64,000 nt of DNA, from contig OZ241863.1 in assembly GCA_965203055.1 (NCBI GenBank), forward strand, positions 1,600,001 to 1,664,000. The letters run 5' to 3'. The stretch comes from Spirochaetia bacterium (GTDB lineage: Bacteria; Spirochaetota; Spirochaetia; SZUA-6; Bin103). Of the stretch, positions 1-10,493 are shown one piece after another (position 1 is the first letter of the stretch; each line of letters begins with the position of its first letter). The translations under genes were made by a program, and so were the position numbers. The notes beneath the pieces are model-generated. The model saw only the letters and a list, made by a program, of their open reading frames with translations, had not been told where the DNA came from and ran no database searches.

Positions 1-369
1 GGACATCGCGCTGCCGTCCAGGTGCGATTGGAACTGCACGCCGTGCTCGTGCAGGCGGCGCAGCGTGGCAAGCGAAAACACCTGGAAGCCGCCGGAGTCG
101 GTGAGCACACCGCCATCCCAGCCCATGAACCGGTGCAGCCCGCCGGCTTGGCGAATGCGCGCAATGCCGGGCCGCACCGTCAAGTGATAGGTGTTGCTCA
201 GCAGCACGCGGAAACCGAGGGCGGCCAGGTCGTGCGGCCACATCGCCTTGACCGAGGCGCTGGTGGCTACCGGCATGAACAACGGGGTCTGCGCCGGCCC
301 GCGGTTGGTGACCAGGCGCGCGCTGCGCGCGGCGCTGAGCCGGTCCTGCCGTTCGATGACGAACTCCAC
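1..369 (-). CDS. tgt: Queuine tRNA-ribosyltransferase, N-terminal part (runs off window start)
   Basis: Not in ORF track. Manual translation from GTG at 369 gives TPLFMPVATSASVKAM..LLSNTYHL..GGLHRFMGWDGGVLTDSGGFQVFSL..FQSHLDGS, the hallmark Tgt motifs. Confidence 0.93.
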   Translation of the reverse strand, partial: MEFVIERQDRLSAARSARLVTNRGPAQTPLFMPVATSASVKAMWPHDLAALGFRVLLSNTYHLTVRPGIARIRQAGGLHRFMGWDGGVLTDSGGFQVFSLATLRRLHEHGVQFQSHLDGSAMS

Positions 370-382
370 GGCCTGGGCCGCT

Positions 383-1465
383 TCAGGTCCGCGCCAGCCG
401 AAGCAGCGTCACGCCCGCCAGCAGGAACAGCAGGACCGCGCCGAACGCTCCTGCTTCCGGCGAGAGCACGCCGTTCTGCGCCAGAATGCCGCCCACCATG
501 CGCAGCACGTAGAACACCACCGCAATGCCCAACGCCAGCAGCATGCTCATGAGCACGATGTTCCTGCGCATCAGACCACCCACCGCGGCCGCGATCAGCG
601 TCACGGCAAGGGGCGTCGCGGCAAAGCTGATCTTGCCGTAGGACTCGGTAAGCGCGGCCCGGTAGTCGCGGCCGGCGCGGCGCAACGTATCCACCCACGC
701 CAGCGCATCGAGGTAGCGCATCTCGTTCACCTCACGGTTGCCGCGGCGAAACGCGGCCGGCCCCTCGGCAAACTGGGGCGCGGCGTAGCGTTCCCGGTGC
801 TCTTCCACCATCGTCCGCGGGCCGCTGCCGCCGCGCCAGGAAAACCGCCGCACGTTCTCGAACTGCCAGCGATCGTCCTCCCAGCGCGCCCGTTCGGCGT
901 CCAACCGCATCGCCACCCCGCCGTCAGGGGCGCGTTGGATCACCACCACTTGAGTCAGTTCGGCGCGTTCATCGTCGTAACTGCCGGCATGGTACACCAT
1001 CCCGCGGTCGGCGCTCGTTATCGTCACGTCGAAGTTGTCCAGCGGCAGCCGAATATCCAACGCGGTGCGGTGCAGCCGGTTCTTCATGCGCAGCGTGTCG
1101 ATGGCCACCCGGTCCTCGAACAGAAACAGGGCGCCGCTCAGCAGTACGCCGAACATCGCCAGCGGGGCCACCAGGCGCCGCAGGCTGACGCCGGAGCCGA
1201 AGATGGCGATCAACTCGTTGCGCGCGTAGCAGGAACCCATGGTGTGGGCGACCGCGAACAACAGCGCGATCGGAACCGCGTAGATGATGCAGGTAGGCAG
1301 GTAGAGCAGGGCGATACGCGCTATTACCGCGGGCGCCACGCCGGCGGACAGGTAGCGGTACAAGTTGGGCGAAATGTCGGCCAGCTCGAGGATCAGGACG
1401 AAGAGCAACACGGCGATCGCCAATACCGGCAACAGCGAACTCAGAATCATGCGCTCGAGCCGCAT
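383..1465 (-). CDS. lptG: LptF/LptG (YjgP/YjgQ) family permease, LptG-like
   Basis: 3 TM + periplasmic beta domain + 3 TM, with RNELIAIFGSGVSL motif. Start re-set to ATG 1465 (MRLERMIL), overlapping the upstream permease end. Confidence 0.85.
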   Translation of the reverse strand: MRLERMILSSLLPVLAIAVLLFVLILELADISPNLYRYLSAGVAPAVIARIALLYLPTCIIYAVPIALLFAVAHTMGSCYARNELIAIFGSGVSLRRLVAPLAMFGVLLSGALFLFEDRVAIDTLRMKNRLHRTALDIRLPLDNFDVTITSADRGMVYHAGSYDDERAELTQVVVIQRAPDGGVAMRLDAERARWEDDRWQFENVRRFSWRGGSGPRTMVEEHRERYAAPQFAEGPAAFRRGNREVNEMRYLDALAWVDTLRRAGRDYRAALTESYGKISFAATPLAVTLIAAAVGGLMRRNIVLMSMLLALGIAVVFYVLRMVGGILAQNGVLSPEAGAFGAVLLFLLAGVTLLRLART

Positions 1466-2745
1466 CGCCACCGCCACAGGAGGTAGAGCAAGCCGGCCAG
1501 CGCGAGCACCACCAGATTCGGGGACCAGATAGCCAGTACCGGAGCGAACTGATGGCGCAGGCCGCCGCCATGAGCCGACACCAGCAGCGCCCAGTACCCC
1601 GCCGCCGCGATCATTCCCACCAACAGACCGTAGGCGCGGCCGCTGCGCGGCGCCAGAAACCCGACGGGTATGGCGAACAGGGAAAAGATGAGACACGCCG
1701 CGGGCATCGCCAGCTTCTTGTGGAACTCGAACAGATAATTGCGCAGCTCCAGGTCGAACTCCGGTTCGGCCGGCGCGGCCATGGTGCGGTGCTCGGCGGC
1801 GAGCCGCTGCCGCTCCCGCTGCAGCAGCGCGGCGCGTTCGTCCGGCGGCGCCGCGGCCGCCCGTTCGGCCACCGCCCCGATGTCGAGCAGCAGGGCGTGG
1901 GACGACACCGCGGCATGCTGCCGTCGTCGTTGCCGCTGCTGCTCGCGTTGCACGGTGATTGCGCGCCACACGTCCGCCGAGCTCTGCTCGGCCGGTCCGA
2001 TCTCGACCAGGGCCTCGACGATCTCCGGGAGCACGATGTGGTACTGCATACCGGCGGCGCGGACATATTCGAAATTGCCGCGCTCGGCGCCGACGAGATG
2101 GGTAAAGACGCCGCTGAGTTGGAGCGAGATCACCCCGGCCTGCCGCCCGCTCTCCCGCAAGCCAACGGTATCCGCGGTAATCACCCGCTGCCGGCCGGAG
2201 TCGTCGCGATCGATGATCGTCACGCCGCGCAGCACGCCGCCGTGCAGGTCGCCGGTAACGATGGCGCTGTCCTCGAAGTGGGTAACGGTATTCGGTTCCA
2301 GCTCCAGCCCGGGGTTGCGATTGAGGATGCGGCGATAGACCCGGTTGAACTCGATGGTGCCGGCCGGCAGCAACACATCGTTGGTCGCGAACGACAGCGC
2401 CGAAAACAGCGCCCCCAGGAGCATCAGCGGCGCCATGCCGCGCAGCAGGCGGATGCCGGCAGCCTGCAGCGCGATCAGTTCCCGGTCGGCGCGCAGGCGG
2501 CCGAGGGCCATGAGCGCGCCCAGCAGGGTGGCGAAGGGAAGCGACAGGTGGATGATCTGCGGCAACGAGTACAGCACCAGCAGGACGACGTCCCCGACCG
2601 GCACCTGGCGGGCCATGATGTCGGTGGCGGTAACCAGCAGCACGTTGATGAAGAAGATGGAAAAGAAGAACAGAAACGAGACCAGAACCGAAACCAGGAA
2701 CTCGCGCGCCACGTAGCGCGTCAGCAGGCCGCTTCCGTACCTCAT
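1447..2745 (-). CDS. lptF: LptF/LptG family permease, LptF-like
   Basis: LTRYVAREF start, GRLRADRELIALQAAGI and EFHKKLAMPAACL motifs. ATG 2745 overlaps the upstream stop (ATGA). Confidence 0.85.
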   Translation of the reverse strand: MRYGSGLLTRYVAREFLVSVLVSFLFFFSIFFINVLLVTATDIMARQVPVGDVVLLVLYSLPQIIHLSLPFATLLGALMALGRLRADRELIALQAAGIRLLRGMAPLMLLGALFSALSFATNDVLLPAGTIEFNRVYRRILNRNPGLELEPNTVTHFEDSAIVTGDLHGGVLRGVTIIDRDDSGRQRVITADTVGLRESGRQAGVISLQLSGVFTHLVGAERGNFEYVRAAGMQYHIVLPEIVEALVEIGPAEQSSADVWRAITVQREQQRQRRRQHAAVSSHALLLDIGAVAERAAAAPPDERAALLQRERQRLAAEHRTMAAPAEPEFDLELRNYLFEFHKKLAMPAACLIFSLFAIPVGFLAPRSGRAYGLLVGMIAAAGYWALLVSAHGGGLRHQFAPVLAIWSPNLVVLALAGLLYLLWRWRCGSSA

Positions 2746-4319
2746 GGGAGACCGTGTACGCTGCGCGCTTCCGACAGAATCGCCACCCCGGCCCCCAGAG
2801 TACCGAAGTAGACGTGGCCGCGCGCGGCCGCCACTACCGCCACGTTCAGCGAGGGAAGGCCCTGCGCCAGGCTGATGGTGGTCCACGCGCCGCGGCGCGG
2901 GTCGTAGCGCACGCCGCCGCCGCCGAAGGTACCGAAGTAGATTCCGGTATCGCCTACCGCGGCGGCCAGTATCCAGTCGTCGGGAAGCTGGCCGGTGGCT
3001 GCGCTGAAGTGGGTGACGCGGTTCGGTCCCGCCTCCCAGCGATACAATCCGGCGCCGAACGTTCCGATCCACAGCGTGGCCTCGTTCTGCGCCGCCAGTG
3101 CGGTGACGTTCTGCGGGCCGAGCGCCTCGTTGATTTCGTCGAAGCCGCGCAGGGCGCCGCTTCGCAGGTCGAGGCTCACCAGTCCGAGATCGATGGTTCC
3201 GATCCACAGGGTGTCGCCGACCACCAGCAGGGCGTTGATGAACTGGCCCGGCAGTGAGCCGCGGCCGACGGCTCTCCAACCGGAGGCGTCGCGGCGCCAC
3301 AATCCCTGTCCCAGGGTGCCGGCATACACTACCCCGCCCACCTCGACGAGCGCCGCCACCGGGCTCGGCGCGCCGCCGTCCAGAACCTCGTGGCGCCAGC
3401 GGCTGCTGGAGCGCGCGTACACCGACAGCCCCCGGTCGGTGCCCACCCAGACGTAACCCTCGACTGGCTGTATGGCGCGTACCCGCCGCGAAAGCAGGGC
3501 GTCAGGTTCCTCCCGGAACACTTGGCGCCGGCCCGTGGAGCGAGTATGGCGGGTCAGTCCGCCGGTCCAGCTTCCTACCCACACGTCGTCGCCGTCAGTG
3601 GCAATCGCGGAGACGTTGGCGTCGCCCATGCCGAGCTGGCCGGGGGTCAAGTGACGCCACATCAGACCGCGCGCCAATTCCCGGTAGGCCGGCAGCGCCG
3701 CGGCGGTAAGCTCACCCACCGCTATCTGATCGAAGTGGCGCTCGGCATCGCCGGCGATCCCCGCCCCGTGATGGTACGCCAACTCCGCCGCCGCCAGGCG
3801 CAACGCCGCCAGCCGTTGCGCCTGGCTCCGCGCGCCGGCCGCTTCCGGCGCCGGTTGCCGGCCGGCCGGCAACCGCGCCGCCAGCAAGCCGATCGCTTCC
3901 TCGTAGTGACGCAGCGCGCCGGCGTAGTCACGGTCGGCGGCCAGCAGTTGCGCCAGGCGGGACGCCGCCTGCAGATGATAGTCGTTGGCGGCCGCGGCGG
4001 CCAGCACGCCGCCGGCCGCCAGACCGCGTACCGCGCGGCGCGCCTCCCGCAGGAAGAAACGCTCCTGATAGGGATCGTCCCGGGCCGCGGCGGCCGCCGC
4101 CGACAACAACAGCGCGTCAGCCACCAGGGGGGACTCCGGGTAGCGCACGCGCAGCCGCCGCAAGGCGGCGGCTGCGCTCTGCCCGGCCCCGGCCGCCAGG
4201 GACGCGCGCGCCGCCTCGAGCAGTTCCGCAGCGCCGGGAGCCGCCGGCTCGGCGCCGGCCGCGGCAACGCCGAAACCGGCGGCCCACGCCGCAATCACGA
4301 GCGCCAGTATTCCGCCCAT
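2742..4319 (-). CDS. Exported protein: TPR-like N-terminus plus beta-propeller (Reg_prop-like repeats)
   Basis: Signal peptide. LRVRYPESPLVADALL resembles BamD/YfiO-like TPR. Repeated WVGSWTGGL / WIGTIDLGL / WIGTFGAGL / YFGTFGGG blades. Confidence 0.7.
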   Translation of the reverse strand: MGGILALVIAAWAAGFGVAAAGAEPAAPGAAELLEAARASLAAGAGQSAAAALRRLRVRYPESPLVADALLLSAAAAAARDDPYQERFFLREARRAVRGLAAGGVLAAAAANDYHLQAASRLAQLLAADRDYAGALRHYEEAIGLLAARLPAGRQPAPEAAGARSQAQRLAALRLAAAELAYHHGAGIAGDAERHFDQIAVGELTAAALPAYRELARGLMWRHLTPGQLGMGDANVSAIATDGDDVWVGSWTGGLTRHTRSTGRRQVFREEPDALLSRRVRAIQPVEGYVWVGTDRGLSVYARSSSRWRHEVLDGGAPSPVAALVEVGGVVYAGTLGQGLWRRDASGWRAVGRGSLPGQFINALLVVGDTLWIGTIDLGLVSLDLRSGALRGFDEINEALGPQNVTALAAQNEATLWIGTFGAGLYRWEAGPNRVTHFSAATGQLPDDWILAAAVGDTGIYFGTFGGGGVRYDPRRGAWTTISLAQGLPSLNVAVVAAARGHVYFGTLGAGVAILSEARSVHGLP

Positions 4320-4360
4320 CGAACGGCGCAAGAGCCGGCCGCGGCGGCCGGCCTTACCCG

Positions 4361-5638
4361 CTACCAGTCGAACGGCACGCGGCGCATGTCGTCCATGTTC
4401 CTGGTACCGTAGGCGAGCAGATTGAAGCGGCCGGGCTGCAGCAGGCGGCAGCTCAGCCCGGCCACCTCCCGGGCGGTGACCGCGCGCAGGAGCAATGCCG
4501 ACTGATCCATCTCGATGACCCGGCCGAACATCTGATACTGCCCTGCCAAACGCTTCATGCGGGCTTCCATGTCCTCTTTGGCGAACACCATACTGCCGGT
4601 GACGTGGCTGACGGCGGCGTCCACCTCCGGCGCGGAGAGCGGCTCATCGGCGAGACGGTGCAACTCCTGATTCACCGCCTCCAGCAGCCGCGGGGCCAGC
4701 TCCGGCATCGCATTGGCATAGATGCCCCAGCTCCAGATATCCGAGAAGTGACTGCGAAACGACTCGACCGCGTAGCACAGTCCCTGATCCTCGCGCAGAT
4801 GCTGGAACAGCCGCGAGCTCATCGACTCGCCGAACGCGGTGGACAACACCACCAGGGCGAGATAGGTCTCGATATCGGCGGCCGGATCGAACGTGGTACC
4901 GAGGTACACCTGGACCTGTTGATAGTGACCGCTGGTGTACTCCCGCGCCGCGTAGCGCTGCGGCCGCTCGCGCGGCGGCGCCGCGTGAGCTGACGGCGCC
5001 GCCCCTGCGGCGCCGTCAGCCGCCAGCCGCTCGCTCAGCGCGCGCGCCAGCCGGTCGTAGTCCAGCGCCCCGGCGGCGGCTACCAGCAGGTGCCGGGGAT
5101 GGTAGCGGCTGCGGTAGAAGGCAGCGAGCGCCCGCGCTTCGATACGTTCCACCTCTTCCACCACTCCGGCGACCCGCGCCGCCAGCGGATGGGAGCGCCA
5201 CAAGCCCTCCAGGAAGAGCTGGTAGCCGTGCTCGTCCGGAGCGTCCTCGGCGGCCCGGATCTCATTGCTCACCACCACCTTCTCCTTGGCGATCTCCTCC
5301 TCCGCCAAGGCCGCGGCGCTGACCATGTCGCACAGAATGTCCAGCGCCAGCTCACCGTGGTCAGCCGGCAAGGTGCAGTAGAAGCAGGTGGTCTCCTTGT
5401 CGGTAAAGGCGTTGATGGAGCCACCGACTCGATCCACCTGCAAGGCGATGTCCAACGCTGACCGCTGCGCCGTGCCCTTGAACAGCATGTGTTCCAGGAA
5501 GTGGGCGTAGCCGCGCTGGTGGGAACGCTCATCGCGCGAGCCGCTCGGGTACCAGAAGCCGATCGAGCACGTGGCGGTGGTAGTGACCGGCTCGCACAGC
5601 AGGGTGACGCCGTTGGCGAGCGTCCCCTGCTCGATCAA
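4361..5638 (-). CDS. M16 (pitrilysin/insulinase) family zinc peptidase
   Basis: GSRDE..GYAHFLEHMLFKGT (inverted HxxEH), INAFTDKE, MSSRLFQHLREDQGLCY. Confidence 0.93.
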   Translation of the reverse strand: MIEQGTLANGVTLLCEPVTTTATCSIGFWYPSGSRDERSHQRGYAHFLEHMLFKGTAQRSALDIALQVDRVGGSINAFTDKETTCFYCTLPADHGELALDILCDMVSAAALAEEEIAKEKVVVSNEIRAAEDAPDEHGYQLFLEGLWRSHPLAARVAGVVEEVERIEARALAAFYRSRYHPRHLLVAAAGALDYDRLARALSERLAADGAAGAAPSAHAAPPRERPQRYAAREYTSGHYQQVQVYLGTTFDPAADIETYLALVVLSTAFGESMSSRLFQHLREDQGLCYAVESFRSHFSDIWSWGIYANAMPELAPRLLEAVNQELHRLADEPLSAPEVDAAVSHVTGSMVFAKEDMEARMKRLAGQYQMFGRVIEMDQSALLLRAVTAREVAGLSCRLLQPGRFNLLAYGTRNMDDMRRVPFDW

Positions 5639-7953
5639 CCCCCGCTCCGATAGTTGGAATCGGAGCGCCCGCGGTCGCGGTCGCGGCCGCGGCGGGGCGG
5701 GCGCCCGCGGTCGGGACGCCGCTCCCGGTCCCAGCCGCCATCCCGGCGGCCGCCGTCCCGGCGGCCCCCGTCGCGCCGCCCGCCGTCACGGGAGCGGCCG
5801 CCATCGCCGCGGCGGCTGGCCAGCGCCGGCCGCGAGTCGGCAAAGCGCCCTACCGGCAGCTCGTCGCTGTCGAACGCCTCGGCGTTGGCCAGGTTGGCGC
5901 GCCCGAGACGGTCGATCTCGATCAGACGAACCCGCACTTGCTGGCCGATTTCGAGCACGTCGGAGACGGAGTCCACGTGCTCCCGGGAAATTTTCGAGAT
6001 ATGCAGCAGACCCTCCTTGCCGGGCAGGAACTCGACGAACGCGCCAAAGTCCATGATGCGCTTCACCACCCCGTCGTAATCCTTGCCCACTTCAGGTTCC
6101 TCGACGGAGGCTGCAATGAGCTCCAACGCCTTGTCGGCGCCCTGCTTGCGGCGCGCGTAGATCATTACCGTGCCGTCGTCGTGGATATTCACGTCCGCCC
6201 CGCTCTGCTCCGTAATCGAGCGGATGTTGGCTCCGCCGGTTCCGATCAACGCGCCGATCTTGTCCTCGGGAATGGAGGTGGACATGATCTTGGGGGCATG
6301 ATCCGAAACTTCCCGCCGCGGGGCGTCGATGGTGGCGGCCATGATTTCCAGGATCTTGAGGCGTCCGGCCCTGGCTTTCTGCAACGCCTGCTGCAGCACG
6401 GCGCGGTCCACCCCGGCCACCTTGATGTCCATCTGAAACGCGGTAATGCCATCGGCCGTGCCGGCGACCTTGAAGTCCATGTCGCCGAGGTGGTCCTCTT
6501 CGCCGAGGATGTCGCTCAGCACGACGTGGCGGTCACCGTCGGTGACCAACCCCATGGCAATGCCGGCCACCGACTTCTTGATCGGCACTCCGGCATTCAG
6601 CAGGCTCAAGGTGCCGCCGCATACCGACGCCATGGAGGAGGAGCCGTTGGATTCCAGTATCTCCGAGACCAGGCGTATGGTATAGGGAAACTTCTCCTTG
6701 GGAGGAATCACTCCCTCCAGCGCCCGTTCGGCCAAGTGACCGTGGCCGACTTCCCGCCGGCCGGTGCCGAGGCGACCGGTCTCGCCGACCGAGAACGGCG
6801 GGAAGTTGTAGTGCAGCATGAAGCCCTTGCGCGTGTCGTGATCGGTCTCCAGAGCATCCAGGACGCGCAGCTCGTCACTCTCGCTGCCCAAGGTGGTGAG
6901 CGCCAGCGACTGGGTTTCGCCGCGCGTGAACAGCGCCGCCCCATGAGCGCGCGGCAGCACGTCGACCTCACAGGTGATCGGGCGAATGTCGTCCGGTCCG
7001 CGGCCGTCGGTACGCACCTGCCGTGACAGGATCGATTCCCGCACCACGTGGGTCTCCAGCTCCTCCAGCAGGTCGCGCGCACGGCCCTGCTCATCGTCCG
7101 CGATGCGCTCCGTGAACTGCTCGAGGGCGGCGGCGGCGGCCTCCTTTATGGCATTGGAACGCTCGAACTTGCCCTTGACGAAGCACGCCTCCCGCATCTT
7201 CGGCAACGCCCACTGCCACAGCTCGTCACGTATCGCGAGCGGCGCCGGCGCCGGCGGCAGCGGCAGCTTGGCGCCGCGCCCGGCCGCGGCGACCAGCTGC
7301 TGCTGCACCGCGCACAGTTCCTTGATCCGTTCGTGCGCCAGGGTCACCGCCTCCACCATGCGCTCCTCGGCCGCCTCGTCGCCGCCGCCTTCGACCATGG
7401 TGATTCCGGTAGCGGTGCCCGCCACCACGATCTCCAGACTGGCCTTGGCGCGTTGTTCGTAGGTTGGATTGACCACCAGCTCGCCGGCCACTTCGGCGAT
7501 GCGCACCGCGCCTACCGGCCCGTCGAACGGTATGTCGGAGACCGCCACGGCGGCTGACGCCGCGACCATCGCAACCACGTCCGGCGGGTTCTCCTGATCG
7601 GCGGAAATGACCGTAGGCACCAGCTGGATGTCGCGCTTGAACGCCTTGCTGAACAGTGGCCGCAACGGCCGGTCGATGAGCCGCGACACCAGTATCTCGC
7701 GATCCTTGGGGCGTCCCTCCCGTTTGAAGATCGATCCCGGTATCTTGCCGGCGGCGTACGCCTTCTCGTTGTACTCCACCTGCAGCGGCACGTAGTCGAG
7801 CCCTTCGATGGTGCCTTCCGAACAGCACACCGTGGCAAGCACGGCCGATCCGCCGTACTCCGCGTACACCGCGCCATTGGCCTGACGCGCCAGGCGTCCG
7901 GTCTCGAGAATCAGTTCCTCGCTGCCCAGGCGGCAGCTTACTCGTTGTAGCAT
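5635..7953 (-). CDS. pnp: Polyribonucleotide nucleotidyltransferase (PNPase)
   Basis: [13 protein letters not shown], two RNase PH domains, [15 protein letters not shown] and S1 domains. Confidence 0.98.
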   Translation of the reverse strand: MLQRVSCRLGSEELILETGRLARQANGAVYAEYGGSAVLATVCCSEGTIEGLDYVPLQVEYNEKAYAAGKIPGSIFKREGRPKDREILVSRLIDRPLRPLFSKAFKRDIQLVPTVISADQENPPDVVAMVAASAAVAVSDIPFDGPVGAVRIAEVAGELVVNPTYEQRAKASLEIVVAGTATGITMVEGGGDEAAEERMVEAVTLAHERIKELCAVQQQLVAAAGRGAKLPLPPAPAPLAIRDELWQWALPKMREACFVKGKFERSNAIKEAAAAALEQFTERIADDEQGRARDLLEELETHVVRESILSRQVRTDGRGPDDIRPITCEVDVLPRAHGAALFTRGETQSLALTTLGSESDELRVLDALETDHDTRKGFMLHYNFPPFSVGETGRLGTGRREVGHGHLAERALEGVIPPKEKFPYTIRLVSEILESNGSSSMASVCGGTLSLLNAGVPIKKSVAGIAMGLVTDGDRHVVLSDILGEEDHLGDMDFKVAGTADGITAFQMDIKVAGVDRAVLQQALQKARAGRLKILEIMAATIDAPRREVSDHAPKIMSTSIPEDKIGALIGTGGANIRSITEQSGADVNIHDDGTVMIYARRKQGADKALELIAASVEEPEVGKDYDGVVKRIMDFGAFVEFLPGKEGLLHISKISREHVDSVSDVLEIGQQVRVRLIEIDRLGRANLANAEAFDSDELPVGRFADSRPALASRRGDGGRSRDGGRRDGGRRDGGRRDGGWDRERRPDRGRPPRRGRDRDRGRSDSNYRSGG

Positions 7954-7975
7954 GTAGTAGTTCCTTGTTTTGCTT

Positions 7976-7995
7976 CTTCGGGTCGCCGCCCGAAG
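7976..7995 (-). promoter_or_regulatory. Stem-loop in rpsO-pnp intergenic region
   Basis: Perfect 7-bp inverted repeat CTTCGGG-N6-CCCGAAG with no U-tract. Position fits a pnp leader processing/stability hairpin (inference). Confidence 0.4.
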
Positions 7996-7999
7996 GTCG

Positions 8000-8278
8000 C
8001 TAGCGGCGGAGGCCGAGTGCGGCCAGAGTCGCGCGGTAGCGCTCCAGGTTGCTGTTGCGCAAGTAGCGCAGGAGCCGGCGGCGTTTGCCGACCATCTTCA
8101 ACAGGCCGCGGCGGGACGCATGGTCCTTGCGGTGATCGCGAAAATGTCCAGTCAACTGTTGAATGCGCCGGGTAAGCAGCGCAATCTGTACTTCGGTGCG
8201 TCCGGTGTCGCGTCCGCCGGCATCGCCGGCGCCAAAATCATTGATGATCGCGGTAACTTCCTTGGGATCGAGAGCCAA
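8000..8278 (-). CDS. rpsO: 30S ribosomal protein S15
   Basis: [38 protein letters not shown]. Confidence 0.98.
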   Translation of the reverse strand: MALDPKEVTAIINDFGAGDAGGRDTGRTEVQIALLTRRIQQLTGHFRDHRKDHASRRGLLKMVGKRRRLLRYLRNSNLERYRATLAALGLRR

Positions 8279-8284
8279 TGTTCC

Positions 8285-9193
8285 TTACTTCTCCTGTATT
8301 CGTGATGCGATTGTCACATCGCCTGCCGGATCGACTCGCCGGTGAAATCGCAGGGCCAGAGGAACGCATCGCCTGGCGGCCGGCCAAGCCCAGCGCAACC
8401 CGTCCGGCGCTGCCTCGACCACGACGGCAACCTGGTCCCCGCCGGCTACCGCCAATGACGCGGCATAGGTTCCCGGCTGCGGGAGAATCTGCTCCAACTG
8501 CTGCGCGGCGACGTACCAACGATCTGCAACGGCGCCGCGAGCGGACCAATCGGGCACGGTGTCATGGCCGACGGCCCCGCGAAGATCGATCTCGAACGGC
8601 GAGCCCATCATCTCTTGGGCCATTGCGAAGTCCCCCGCTCGCACCGCAGCCCGAATTCCGGTGCTGCTGACGACGTGGTCTCCTGCCATTACCGGGGGGA
8701 CGGCCACGACAGGAACTCCGGCCGGAGCCAGCAGCCGCCGTAACTCAACGACGTCGGTGCCGCGTTCGCGGCCACAGCGAAAATCCACACCGACCACCAA
8801 CTTGCGGAACGACATCGCGCGCCGGAGCGCGCTGATGAACTCCCCGCCCGACAGTCTACTGAACGGTACGGAAAAGTCAATCAGTACCAGATGGGTCACT
8901 CCCAGGGCGGCGAACCGCTCGCGCCGCTGCCGCAACGTGGTCAGCGGCCCCGGCGGCCGGCGCGTCAGCACCGCGCGCGGGTGCTGGCGGAAGGTCAGCA
9001 CCGCGCGGTGCGGCGCCCGGGCGCCGGGCGCGGCCGGCTCGCCGCGGCCCGTTCCCGCGGTACACTCGGTCAGCCGGCGCACGATCTCGCGGTGGCCTCG
9101 ATGTACCCCGTCGAAGGTACCGATGGTCAGCGCCACCGGGCCGCGGATCACCTCGCGTCCGCCCATCAGGTCGCGCCAGGTGGTGACGACCAC
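8285..9193 (-). CDS. ribF: FAD synthetase (RibF family); riboflavin-kinase half degenerate
   Basis: IGTFDGVHRGH, VGVDFRCGRERG, VSSTGIR. C-terminal half lacks the GxxxGFPTAN kinase motif. Confidence 0.85.
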   Translation of the reverse strand: MVVTTWRDLMGGREVIRGPVALTIGTFDGVHRGHREIVRRLTECTAGTGRGEPAAPGARAPHRAVLTFRQHPRAVLTRRPPGPLTTLRQRRERFAALGVTHLVLIDFSVPFSRLSGGEFISALRRAMSFRKLVVGVDFRCGRERGTDVVELRRLLAPAGVPVVAVPPVMAGDHVVSSTGIRAAVRAGDFAMAQEMMGSPFEIDLRGAVGHDTVPDWSARGAVADRWYVAAQQLEQILPQPGTYAASLAVAGGDQVAVVVEAAPDGLRWAWPAARRCVPLALRFHRRVDPAGDVTIASRIQEK

Positions 9194-9246
9194 CTTATGC
9201 CGCCGGCCTCACGCGGCCGGGCCGGTTGCGCCGCACTCCGGCGCGG

Positions 9247-10119
9247 TCAGGCGTCGGCGAATACGCCGGCATAGCTCCACTCCTCCCCATTCCAACGCAG
9301 CACCGCCAGCAGGCGCTCAGCCGCGTCGAACGCCGCGTAGTAGTCGGCGCCCGGCTCCGGCGCGGCGGTGAACATGGCCGCGCAGAGCGGCTGCCCGCGC
9401 ACCAAGCCCTGCCGGAACCGCTCCCTCACCTGCAGCTTCCGCACGCCGGGAAGACGAGTCAGGAACGCTGCCGGCGGCAACACCCGGTCGCCGCGGAATT
9501 GTTCGGCAGTCGTCGCCTCGCGGTGGCCGAACGGCCCGATTGCCGTGCGCCGCAGCCGCGCTACGCAGGCGCAGGAGCCGGCCGCCTCGCCCAGGTCGCG
9601 CGCCCAGGAACGAACGTACGTGCCGGCGCTGCCGGTCAACCCCAGCGTCAGTTCGGGGGGCCGCCACCGGCGCAGGTCCAGCGCGGTCACCGACACCTCA
9701 CGCACCGGCAGGTCCGGCTGCGCGCCGCGGCGCGCCAGGGCGTAGGCCCGCTCACCGCCCACCCGCACGGCCGAGAACCGGGGAGGGCGCTGTCGGATTC
9801 GCCCCGACAGGGCGGGTAACGCGCGCCGGATGCGCTCCAGGTCGGGCAGCGGCGCGGTTCGCACCACGCTCCCCTCCGGGTCCAGCGTGTCGGTTTCGAT
9901 GCCAAACCGAATGGTGACCAGATAGCGCTTTTCCAGCCCGCTCAACAGCGGGGCAAGCCGGGTGGCGCGTTGCGTAAGGACGCCGAGCAGGCCGCTGGCG
10001 AAGGGGTCCAGGGTGCCGACGTGCCCTACCCGCCGCGAACCGAGCGCCCGCTTTATCGGTCCGAGACATTGGAAGCTGGAGATCCCCGCCGGCTTGTCCA
10101 GCAGTACCAGGCCGCCCAT
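9247..10119 (-). CDS. truB: tRNA pseudouridine(55) synthase
   Basis: LLDKPAGISS, VGHVGTLDPFASGLL, PPRFSAVRVGGERAY, SAGTYVRS. Confidence 0.96.
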   Translation of the reverse strand: MGGLVLLDKPAGISSFQCLGPIKRALGSRRVGHVGTLDPFASGLLGVLTQRATRLAPLLSGLEKRYLVTIRFGIETDTLDPEGSVVRTAPLPDLERIRRALPALSGRIRQRPPRFSAVRVGGERAYALARRGAQPDLPVREVSVTALDLRRWRPPELTLGLTGSAGTYVRSWARDLGEAAGSCACVARLRRTAIGPFGHREATTAEQFRGDRVLPPAAFLTRLPGVRKLQVRERFRQGLVRGQPLCAAMFTAAPEPGADYYAAFDAAERLLAVLRWNGEEWSYAGVFADA

Positions 10120-10145
10120 GGCCGGCCTCGCCGCCGTGTCGCTGC

Positions 10146-10493
10146 TCAGCGCTTGACGTCCTTGAGCTGCTGAGTAACGCGGAATCCATCCAGGATCGAG
10201 GTGTCGGCGATGAAGCGCAGCCGCGGCGTATGGCGCATCCGCAGTTGGCGCCCGATTCGGGCCTGCAGGAAGCCGGCGGCATGGTTGAGAGCATCCACGG
10301 TGGCGGCCAGTACCTGTTCGTTACCGTAGTACGAGACGTAGACCCGGGCCGAAGTCAGGTCCTTGGCCACGCGCACCCCGGCGATGGTCACCAGCGAATC
10401 GACCCTGGGATCCTTCAGGGTCTTGCTGCTGATCAGACGGCCCAGCTCGGCGCCGAGATAGCTCTCAACCCTTCTGAGCCGCAGCTCCGACAT
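10146..10493 (-). CDS. rbfA: Ribosome-binding factor A
   Basis: [36 protein letters not shown]. Start re-set to ATG 10493. Confidence 0.95.
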   Translation of the reverse strand: MSELRLRRVESYLGAELGRLISSKTLKDPRVDSLVTIAGVRVAKDLTSARVYVSYYGNEQVLAATVDALNHAAGFLQARIGRQLRMRHTPRLRFIADTSILDGFRVTQQLKDVKR

